DNA from: Parcubacteria group bacterium GW2011_GWD2_38_12 | Lineage (GTDB): Bacteria > Patescibacteriota > Minisyncoccia > GWC2-36-17 | Reading direction: 5' to 3' | Length of the DNA: 58,505 nt | Assembly: GCA_000992345.1 (NCBI GenBank) | Contig: LBUA01000002.1 | Coordinates: 5,557-64,061, forward strand | Part shown: piece after piece, positions 9,388 through 16,282 of the stretch | How positions within the stretch are numbered: the first letter of the stretch is position 1 | Layout of the letters: the number at the start of each line of letters is the position of its first letter | The notes under the pieces: generated by a model | Told to the model about the DNA's origin: nothing | The model's database searches: none | What the model saw: only the letters and a program-made list of their open reading frames with translations | Program-made: the position numbers and the translations under genes

Positions 9388-9417
9388 CCCCCGCTAAAAA
9401 TTTAGCGGGGGTTTTTT
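9388..9417 (+). terminator. rho-independent terminator
   Basis: cccccgctaaa-aa-tttagcggggg followed by T6. Confidence 0.85.
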
Positions 9418-9627
9418 ACATTATTGATTTTTATAGAAAAATATCTTAAACTTCAATATATATTGTTGATGGGGAAAATTATATTGATACTAATATACGA
9501 ATTTATGCTGTCCGGGCGAATGTCTGTCTATTAGAAGACAGATAATAAATCCGCCGACTATTGAATTAGTGAATTTGTTTGTAGATTCGGATACATTCGT
9601 AGTTTTGTATCGGTTTAGCGTAAGCAC

Positions 9628-11439
9628 ATGAAAATTCTAACAAGAAATATTTTAATAGCATTCTTAATCCTGTTTATTTTGGCAGGCGCTTTTAGTTTAT
9701 TTATAAAGCCGACAGAATCGCCAAAACAAATTATTTTTTCTGAATTTATCTCATTGGTAAACGAAGATAAAGTGCAGAAAATTTCCATAGAAAAAAGTGA
9801 TTTGACCATTGAATTGAAAGATGGTTCCAAAGCAAAGACTTTAAAAGAATCAGAAAGTTCTTTAACTGAGACTTTAAAAAATTATGGTATAGTCCAGGAA
9901 AAGATAACTAATTTGAATTTGGAAATTAAAGAGCCGGCGGAATACGGAGCGTGGATTAGTATTTTTACTTCTATCTTGTTGCCGTTTTTGATTATCGGAT
10001 TTTTTGTTTGGTTTATGTTTCGCAAAGTGCAGGGAAGTCAAATGCAGGCATTTTCATTCGGTCAATCAAAAGCGAAATTAGCCAATGGTAAGGAAAAGGT
10101 GACCTTTGCCGATGTGGCGGGACTAAAGGAGGTCAAAGAAGAGTTGAAAGAAATCGTGGAATTTTTGAGGAAGCCAAAAAAATTCTTGGATATCGGCGCG
10201 CGTATACCCAGAGGAGTTTTACTTATGGGTTCTCCTGGCACCGGGAAAACTTTACTTGCGCGCGCGGTGGCCGGCGAAGCGGGTGTGCCGTTTTTTTATA
10301 TGTCCGGATCGGAGTTTGTGGAAATGTTTGTCGGCGTCGGCGCAAGTCGTGTTCGTGATCTCTTCACTACCGCCAAAAAAAGCGCGCCGTGCATTATTTT
10401 TGTTGATGAACTCGATGCCGTTGGCCGTCAGCGCGGCGCCGGACTTGGCGGAGGCAATGACGAAAGAGAGCAAACATTAAATCAAATTTTGGTGGAAATG
10501 GATGGTTTTGAAAAAGATACCAATGTGATAGTGATAGCCGCGACCAATAGACCCGATGTTTTGGACCCCGCCTTGCTTCGCCCGGGCCGGTTTGACAGGC
10601 AAGTGGTATTGGATTTGCCGGATATCAGCGAAAGAGAAGAGATTTTAAAAATTCACATAAAAAATAAAATATTCGACAAGGAGATTTCTTTAAAAAGAGT
10701 CGCGGAAAGAACTCCGGGTTTTTCCGGAGCGGATTTGGCTAATCTCGTAAATGAAGCGGCGATACTCGCGGCGCGCGGGGAAAGAAAATTTTTCAATCAG
10801 CAGGATTTGTACGATGCTATGGAAAAAGTTTTACTTGGCCCAGAAAGGAAAAGTAATGTTTTATCCAAGAAAGAAAAAGAAATTACCGCGTATCACGAAG
10901 CAGGTCATGCTTTGATTGCGGCTTCGCTTAAAGATTCTGATCCGGTGCATAAGATTTCCATTATTCCTCGCGGGAGAGTCGGCGGGTTCACGATGAAATT
11001 GCCAATTGAAGACAGGCGGTTGCATACCAAGTCTCATTTTTTGGCTGATTTAGCCGTGTCTCTTGGCGGATATGCGGCAGAGCAAATTGTTTTTGAAGAA
11101 TTGACAACCGGTGCTTCCAATGATTTGCGGGTGGCCACGGATTTAGCGCGGCGTTTGGTCACGCAATATGGCATGTCGGATAAGCTGGGTCCGCGAACAT
11201 TTGGTCATAAAGAAGAAATGGTGTTTTTGGGCAGAGAAATCCATGAAGAAAGAAATTATTCCGAAAAAATATCAGCGATGATTGATGAGGAGGTCGGAAA
11301 ATTTATGGGGAACGCTTATAAGACCGCTAAAAAAATTATTACGGAAAAACGCAACAAACTAGAACAGATCGCAAAGCGGCTTATGGAAGCTGAAACAATA
11401 GAGCGCGACGAATTTGATCTTCTGATGAAAGCGGCATAA
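9628..11439 (+). CDS. ftsH: ATP-dependent zinc metalloprotease FtsH
   Basis: Two N-terminal TM segments. Walker [24 protein letters not shown], Walker [13 protein letters not shown] block [20 protein letters not shown] and zinc site HEAGHAL. Confidence 0.96.
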   Translation: MKILTRNILIAFLILFILAGAFSLFIKPTESPKQIIFSEFISLVNEDKVQKISIEKSDLTIELKDGSKAKTLKESESSLTETLKNYGIVQEKITNLNLEIKEPAEYGAWISIFTSILLPFLIIGFFVWFMFRKVQGSQMQAFSFGQSKAKLANGKEKVTFADVAGLKEVKEELKEIVEFLRKPKKFLDIGARIPRGVLLMGSPGTGKTLLARAVAGEAGVPFFYMSGSEFVEMFVGVGASRVRDLFTTAKKSAPCIIFVDELDAVGRQRGAGLGGGNDEREQTLNQILVEMDGFEKDTNVIVIAATNRPDVLDPALLRPGRFDRQVVLDLPDISEREEILKIHIKNKIFDKEISLKRVAERTPGFSGADLANLVNEAAILAARGERKFFNQQDLYDAMEKVLLGPERKSNVLSKKEKEITAYHEAGHALIAASLKDSDPVHKISIIPRGRVGGFTMKLPIEDRRLHTKSHFLADLAVSLGGYAAEQIVFEELTTGASNDLRVATDLARRLVTQYGMSDKLGPRTFGHKEEMVFLGREIHEERNYSEKISAMIDEEVGKFMGNAYKTAKKIITEKRNKLEQIAKRLMEAETIERDEFDLLMKAA

Positions 11440-11480
11440 ATAAATATTTGACAATCAACAATTGACATTTAACCAAACAA

Positions 11481-11512
11481 AAAATCAATTCTCTTTAGTG
11501 AATTGATTTTTT
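11481..11512 (+). terminator. rho-independent terminator after ftsH
   Basis: aatcaattc-tctttagt-gaattgatt followed by a T run. Confidence 0.7.
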
Positions 11513-11580
11513 GTTTGACCAAAGACGGCAAATTTTGTAATCTTTTTAAATTAGCGGCGAAGAGAAAAATGAAAATTATT

Positions 11581-11653
11581 GGGGGTGTAGCTCAGTGGTT
11601 AGAGCACAGACCTTATAAGTCTGGGGTCGATGGTCCGATTCCATCCACCCCCA
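11581..11653 (+). tRNA. tRNA-Ile(UAU)
   Basis: Manual fold: acceptor gggggtg/caccccc, D arm gctc-agtggtta-gagc, anticodon stem cagac/gtctg with loop cuUAUaa, variable gggtc, T arm gatgg-tccgatt-ccatc. The T loop reads TCCGATT rather than TTCGATT. The discriminator A is followed by ccg. Confidence 0.82.
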
Positions 11654-11696
11654 CCGGAAATATAGAACCTTAAAAAATAATAAAAGGAGGAATGCC

Positions 11697-12323
11697 ATGG
11701 ATAATCAGGAGGGTATTATTAAGCTGCTTAAAGAAGTCGGAGCGATTGTTAATGGTCATTTCGTTTACGCGTCGGGAAAGCACGGAGAAATTTACATCAA
11801 TAAAGACGCAATCTATCTGTATCCTCAGAAATTATATTGGCTTTGCCTTTTGATTGCCGGGCATTTTTCATCTGTTGATGTAGATGTTGTTGTTGGTCCT
11901 GTGCTTGGCGGAATCCCTCTTTCCCAATGGGTTGCTTATCACTTAAGCGAAATTAATGGCAGGGGTGGTAAAGAGGCGCTTGCTGTTTACGCTGAAAAAA
12001 CAGAAGATAAGAACGGTTTCATTTTCAATCGTGGCTATGATAAGGTTATCGCCGGCAAAAGAGTGTTGATTGTTGAAGATATAATAACAACGGGAAATTC
12101 GGCGCGAAAAGTCATTAAAGCGACGCATTCGGCTGGCGGTATTGTCATTGGTCTTGGGGCTTTAGTTAACAGGGGGGGCGCAAAGATTAATGATTTTTGC
12201 GGCATTTCAAATTTCTTTTCACTCGTTGATTTGAAATTGAATTCATGGGATGAGTCTGATTGTCCTTTATGTCTTAAAAGAGTGCCGATTGATAATAAAA
12301 TCGGACACGGAAGAGCATTATAA
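11697..12323 (+). CDS. phosphoribosyltransferase family protein (orotate PRTase-like)
   Basis: PRPP-binding loop VLIVEDIITTGNSARKVI. Strong SD aaggagg upstream. Substrate assignment is uncertain. Confidence 0.65.
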   Translation: MDNQEGIIKLLKEVGAIVNGHFVYASGKHGEIYINKDAIYLYPQKLYWLCLLIAGHFSSVDVDVVVGPVLGGIPLSQWVAYHLSEINGRGGKEALAVYAEKTEDKNGFIFNRGYDKVIAGKRVLIVEDIITTGNSARKVIKATHSAGGIVIGLGALVNRGGAKINDFCGISNFFSLVDLKLNSWDESDCPLCLKRVPIDNKIGHGRAL

Positions 12324-12397
12324 TTTCTTAAAATGTTTTACTAACCTCTAGTTCTGGAAAATAAATAACAAAAAACATAAGGAAAAATGACGACCAG

Positions 12398-12432
12398 AAA
12401 GCCTGTCAAAAATTGACAGGCTTTTGTTTTTT
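12398..12432 (+). terminator. rho-independent terminator
   Basis: aaagcctgtcaa-aa-ttgacaggcttt followed by tgtttttt. Confidence 0.85.
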
Positions 12433-12468
12433 AGTCTTGAACCAATAATGAATTTATAGTATTTTACT

Positions 12469-12635
12469 TTTATTGCTGACGTAGAGCGAGGGAAATACAA
12501 AAGTAATCTTTTGTATTTCCGAGCCAAGGAGGCAACAAAGGGTAAATACTCTGCCCCCTCCAGGGCGGACCAGCGCGAGCGCAGCAACTCAAAACGATCT
12601 GGGATTTTGCCCTGGGGTTATACCCTTTATTGATT
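12469..12635 (+). ncRNA. candidate structured RNA / mini-element, copy 1 (unassigned family)
   Basis: About 80% identical to 53561-53722. Shared blocks are GACGTAGAGCGAG, the identical 26-nt hairpin aaatacaaaagtaatcttttgtattt, CC.AGGAG and AGCGCGAG. Helices covary between the two copies. There is no plausible ORF on the + strand. Confidence 0.45.
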
Positions 12636-12722
12636 TTTGCGCGGTTGGCTCAGTGGTAGAGCGTCACATTGATCCCTCACCAAAATGGGCTCGTAGCTCA
12701 GTTGGTTAGAGCGCTACATTGT

Positions 12723-12827
12723 CCCTCACCTTAAAATACGCACCCTTAGCGCAGTGGTAGCGCGTCACATTGACATTGTGAAGGTCGCAGGTTCAATCCC
12801 TGCAGGGTGCACAGTAAAAGGTGAGGG
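12723..12827. repeat. inner 8-bp inverted repeat pair ccctcacc (12723-12730) / ggtgaggg (12820-12827)
   Basis: Identical in sequence to the outer pair. Flanking t/a, and tt/aa on the inner side, can extend the helix. Confidence 0.95.
12740..12811 (+). tRNA. tRNA-Val(GAC), complete, CCA not encoded (innermost)
   Basis: Acceptor gcaccct/agggtgc, D arm gcgc-agtggta-gcgc, anticodon stem tcaca/tgtga with loop uuGACau, variable aggtc, T arm gcagg-ttcaatc-cctgc, A73. Confidence 0.9.
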
Positions 12828-12910
12828 ATAGAGGTCTCCAGTTCGAGTCTGGACGGGCCCACCATTTGTTGGTGAGGGATGAAGGTCACAGGTTCAATCC
12901 CTGTACCGCG

Positions 12911-12960
12911 CACCAAAACATAACCCCCGCCATATATATGGCGGGGGTTATGTTTTGGTG
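12911..12960 (+). terminator. long hairpin closing the tRNA nest (terminator-like)
   Basis: caccaaaacataacccccgcc-atatatat-ggcgggggttatgttttggtg forms a 21-bp stem whose base includes the 3' CACCA of gene A. Confidence 0.55.
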
Positions 12961-12995
12961 TTAGAATATATTTATTAAATAATTTAATAAATATA

Positions 12996-13325
12996 ATGCC
13001 CTATATTCCTCAAAAAGAAAGAGAAAAATTAAATCCGTTGATAGATGAGCTTGCCAAGAAGATTGTTTGGCAAGCAAAAGAATGCGGCCACGAAGGAGCT
13101 TTTGGTGGCGTTTTGAATTATGTTTGCACGCGTCTGGCGCTTAAAGTCATCAAATTGCAATTTGGGAAAATCCGTTATTGGATAATTGCCGAAACAGTTG
13201 GCGTTTTTAAAAATATTGCCGATGAATTTTATCGTCGTATTGCCGCGCCATACGAAGACAAACAAATAGAAAAAAACGGCGACGTGGATTTATATAAGGA
13301 GTTTTTTAGAGAAATTAAGAAATAA
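12996..13325 (+). CDS. hypothetical protein (109 aa)
   Basis: ORF with a coherent globular sequence (MPYIPQKEREKLNPLIDELAKK...APYEDKQIEKNGDVDLY). I can name no family with confidence. Confidence 0.55.
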   Translation: MPYIPQKEREKLNPLIDELAKKIVWQAKECGHEGAFGGVLNYVCTRLALKVIKLQFGKIRYWIIAETVGVFKNIADEFYRRIAAPYEDKQIEKNGDVDLYKEFFREIKK

Positions 13326-13333
13326 AAAACATC

Positions 13334-13564
13334 ATGCCCTGCGTTTATGTTCTGAAGAATTTAAATAATAAAAAACTCTGCATTGGCTTGACTGATGATT
13401 TTGGCGGGGAATTTGAAAAAAATCAGAAATCTATTTTGGTTTCCATAAAATTTTTCAAGGACAAAAAAGAAGCCGGCAAATTTGAAAAACATTTGAAAAG
13501 TAAAAAGGGCTTGGCGGATTTTAAGCTTAAAATGAAAAACAAGGCCCTCGGTATAATGGATTAA
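13334..13564 (+). CDS. small GIY-YIG-like (UPF0213-like) protein, degenerate motifs
   Basis: VYVLKNLNNKKLCIGLTDD resembles the GIY...YIG N-terminal strand pair, and a later FEKHLKSKKG resembles the conserved Glu helix. The catalytic Arg region is not evident. Confidence 0.4.
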   Translation: MPCVYVLKNLNNKKLCIGLTDDFGGEFEKNQKSILVSIKFFKDKKEAGKFEKHLKSKKGLADFKLKMKNKALGIMD

Positions 13565-13648
13565 CCCCCCTTGCAAAAATATTTTTGAATCTATAGTATT
13601 TGATTTATGGAAGGCACCTTAAAATAAAAATATAAAATTGGAGGACAT

Positions 13649-15076
13649 ATGCTTATAAAATCTGGATCCAGAAAAAAGGTTGTTTTGATTGAGTCTCAAT
13701 CTCCTGGGCACCATGTTTTCTCAATGGTTTTATTGCCTCGCATCGGCATTATTTTGCTCGGGACGATATTAAGAAATATGGGCTATGATGTGACGATTAT
13801 TGTGGAAAATTTTCACGGGATAGATTGGAAGAAAATCCAAGAAGCGGACATTGTGTGCATATCCTTGATCACCTGCACCTCTATTGGCGGATATAAGATT
13901 GCTAAAAGATGCAGAGAAATGGGGAAAACGGTCATTATTGGCGGATCACATCCGACTTTTATGGCAGAAGAAGCGGCGCAATATGCAGATTACGTGTGTA
14001 TAGGCGAGGCAGAGTGGTCATTTCCAGAATTAGTGAATGCGATTTTAAGAAATGATTCTAATCCAAAAGATGTAAACGGAATTGCGTATAAGATGGATGA
14101 ATTATTAATAAAGACAAAACCATCCCGCCCTGTAACATCGCAAGATCTTAACAATTTTCCATTTCCCGACTTCTCTTTGATTTACGGAAATCCGAAGATG
14201 AAGATTACGCCAATAGTATCATCCAGGGGATGTCCGCATAGTTGCGACTTTTGCAGTGTTATAGTGATGTTTGGCAGAAAGATGCGCTATCGCAACGAAG
14301 ATAATGTTTTTGAGGAGATAAAAGATCAAAAGCCAAGGCATATCTTTTTTTATGATGATAATTTCACGATAAATAAAGAGAGAACATGGAATATTTTGAC
14401 GAGAATAATGAGTTTGCCCAAAAATAAGCGTCCGACTTGGAGCGCTCAGGTGGATGTCGGCATTGCCAGCGATAAAGACTTGATAAGGTTTATGGGAAAA
14501 TCCGGATGTGAGTACGTTTACGTGGGGTTTGAGTCAATCAACCAAAAGACCCTTGAGGCATATAATAAAAAGCAGGATATTGGAAAGATTAAGAGATGTA
14601 TAGAGGCGTTTCATAAAAACGGCATAAATATTCACGGAATGTTTGTTTTTGATCCTAAAAATGATAATTCCGATATCATAGATGAAACTTGTCGTTTTGT
14701 TGAAGATACAAAAATAGAAACAGTTCAATTTCTAAATCTAACACCATTACCAGGAACACCTCTATGGCAGAGAGAAGAGAAGAATCTTTTAACGCGGGAT
14801 TGGAGTCTTTTTGACGCTCATCATACTGTTTTGGAAGCTCAAAAAATGACAACCTTAAATATGCAGGAAGAAACAATAAATGCTATGAAGAGATTTTATT
14901 CTTTGTCCAGGGTCTGGTCTTTATATAGAGAGGGCAATAAATTGGCGGCAAGATTCAGGATGTTGGGATGGTATATCGTCAAAAAATGGGAAAGGGACGA
15001 AAAGGGCAATAATAAATATCTGGAGTTTTTGAAATTGAGGTCAATGTTTCTGGACGAATTTAGAATCAAAAAATAA
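13649..15076 (+). CDS. B12-binding-domain radical SAM protein
   Basis: N-terminal Rossmann-like B12-binding-type domain, then the CxxxCxxC cluster motif SSRGCPHSCDFCSV. SD ggagga upstream. Confidence 0.82.
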   Translation: MLIKSGSRKKVVLIESQSPGHHVFSMVLLPRIGIILLGTILRNMGYDVTIIVENFHGIDWKKIQEADIVCISLITCTSIGGYKIAKRCREMGKTVIIGGSHPTFMAEEAAQYADYVCIGEAEWSFPELVNAILRNDSNPKDVNGIAYKMDELLIKTKPSRPVTSQDLNNFPFPDFSLIYGNPKMKITPIVSSRGCPHSCDFCSVIVMFGRKMRYRNEDNVFEEIKDQKPRHIFFYDDNFTINKERTWNILTRIMSLPKNKRPTWSAQVDVGIASDKDLIRFMGKSGCEYVYVGFESINQKTLEAYNKKQDIGKIKRCIEAFHKNGINIHGMFVFDPKNDNSDIIDETCRFVEDTKIETVQFLNLTPLPGTPLWQREEKNLLTRDWSLFDAHHTVLEAQKMTTLNMQEETINAMKRFYSLSRVWSLYREGNKLAARFRMLGWYIVKKWERDEKGNNKYLEFLKLRSMFLDEFRIKK

Positions 15077-15125
15077 AGAGTAATCTGCTAAAGCGGATTG
15101 CTCTTTTTGTTTTTTATGAGTTAGT

Positions 15126-16136
15126 ATGGAGAATATGAATATTACAATATCCGAGAATGAAAAAAGTCAACGTTTGGACAAATTTTTAGTTCAAAAATTT
15201 CAAGATTATTCTCGCGCTTTTTTACAGAAATTGATAAATCAGGAAAACATAAAAGTTAATAATAGAAAAGTGAAGCAGGGGTTGATTCTGAAGGTTGGCG
15301 ATGTTATATCAATAGAAATCCCGGAACGCGAAGGTATTTCTCTTGAGCCGGATTCATCGATAAAGTTGGATATTTTATATGAGGATGAAAATGTTATTGT
15401 CATCAATAAACCAGCCGGTCTGACTGTGCATCCCTCAGAAAATCAAAAAAGCGGCACTTTAGTGAACGGACTTTTGGCGAAATATCCGGAAATAAAAAAT
15501 GTCGGTGATTCTTCGACGGATTTGACTTCTTTAACAATCTCGGGGCAAGAAAATTCAGGACAAGAGAATTTAAGGCCGGGCATAATACATCGTTTGGATA
15601 AAAATACGTCTGGAGTTATGATTGTTGCGCGGAATAATGAGGCGTTCCAATTTTTTAAAAAAGAATTTCAAGAAAGGCGGGTTATTAAAAAATATATTGC
15701 TCTTGTGGCAGGCGATATTTCCCGGGAGAGAGGAGTAATTAATCTGCCGATCGCCCGCAAAAGAAAAATGCCCACAAAACAGGTGGCGGTTAAAAATGTC
15801 AGACAAGCAAGGGGGACAATAAGAGAGGCCGTAACAGAATACAGGGTTTTGCGTCATAATATTAGTATAGAGGGCAAGAAATTCACCCTGGTCGAGGTTC
15901 TGCCCAAAACAGGCAGACTACATCAAATAAGGGCGCATTTCTCTGCCATTGGTCATCCCGTAGCCGGAGATTTAAAATATGGACCGAAGAATAGGGTATT
16001 ACTTGAGACGTTAAATAGGCATTTTTTGCACGCCGAGTCTTTAGAAATTGATATACCACAAGGCGCAGGTAACAGCAAAAAAATGATATTTTTAGCGCCC
16101 CTACCCAAAGAATTGAAAAATCTGATTAGTATCTAG
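15126..16136 (+). CDS. RluA/RluD-family pseudouridine synthase with S4 domain
   Basis: S4-like N-terminus (QRLDKFLV). Catalytic motif HRLDKNTSGVMIVARN and the C-terminal LHQIRAH block. Confidence 0.9.
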   Translation: MENMNITISENEKSQRLDKFLVQKFQDYSRAFLQKLINQENIKVNNRKVKQGLILKVGDVISIEIPEREGISLEPDSSIKLDILYEDENVIVINKPAGLTVHPSENQKSGTLVNGLLAKYPEIKNVGDSSTDLTSLTISGQENSGQENLRPGIIHRLDKNTSGVMIVARNNEAFQFFKKEFQERRVIKKYIALVAGDISRERGVINLPIARKRKMPTKQVAVKNVRQARGTIREAVTEYRVLRHNISIEGKKFTLVEVLPKTGRLHQIRAHFSAIGHPVAGDLKYGPKNRVLLETLNRHFLHAESLEIDIPQGAGNSKKMIFLAPLPKELKNLISI

Positions 16137-16282
16137 ATTATCCATTTATAAGTTAATTTGGATTTAAATTCGGGATATGCTATGCTCTATATGTATAGAA
16201 TAATTCTTAATTAGCAGAAAATAATAGACCCAAACAAGAGTTTAATTGAATTTTTATTAAATTAAGTTCTTGTCCTAAAATC

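Larger units (their letters stand above)
12687..12864 (+). tRNA. interrupted tRNA-like gene B (middle shell): 5' part 12687-12722, 3' part 12828-12864 with encoded CCA
   Basis: Acceptor gggctcg/cgggccc (one U-G pair). D arm gctc-agttggtta-gagc, T arm tccag-ttcgagt-ctgga, variable aggtc, A73, CCA. A 105-nt insert with the same ccctcacc/ggtgaggg ends interrupts the anticodon loop. Confidence 0.6.
12674..12878. repeat. outer 8-bp inverted repeat pair ccctcacc (12674-12681) / ggtgaggg (12871-12878)
   Basis: Perfect complement. One or two flanking nucleotides extend the pairing (at/at). Confidence 0.95.
12639..12915 (+). tRNA. interrupted tRNA-like gene A (outer shell): 5' part 12639-12673, 3' part 12879-12915 with encoded CCA; loop remnant uuGAU (Ile-like)
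   Basis: Acceptor gcgcggt/accgcgc pairs perfectly. D arm gctc-agtggta-gagc, T arm acagg-ttcaatc-cctgt, variable aggtc, A73, CCA. The gene is interrupted after 35 nt by a 205-nt insert bounded by ccctcacc and ggtgaggg. Confidence 0.6.

Noticed and set aside
12348-12587. 79-aa minus-strand ORF across the terminator and the candidate RNA element upstream of the tRNA nest
   Set aside because: It spans a rho-independent terminator and the conserved hairpins of the two-copy element. The homologous copy at 53561-53722 has no equivalent ORF.
12674-12878. Bulge-helix-bulge (archaeal-type) or group I intron explanation for the interrupted tRNAs
   Set aside because: I tried to draw 3-nt bulges separated by a 4-bp helix at both junctions and could not. 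The 8-bp arms form an uninterrupted helix with a one-sided CAUUG bulge. The inserts are too short and consist of tRNA sequence, with no P3-P9-like group I core. This rests on manual folding only, so a covariance-model check is still needed.
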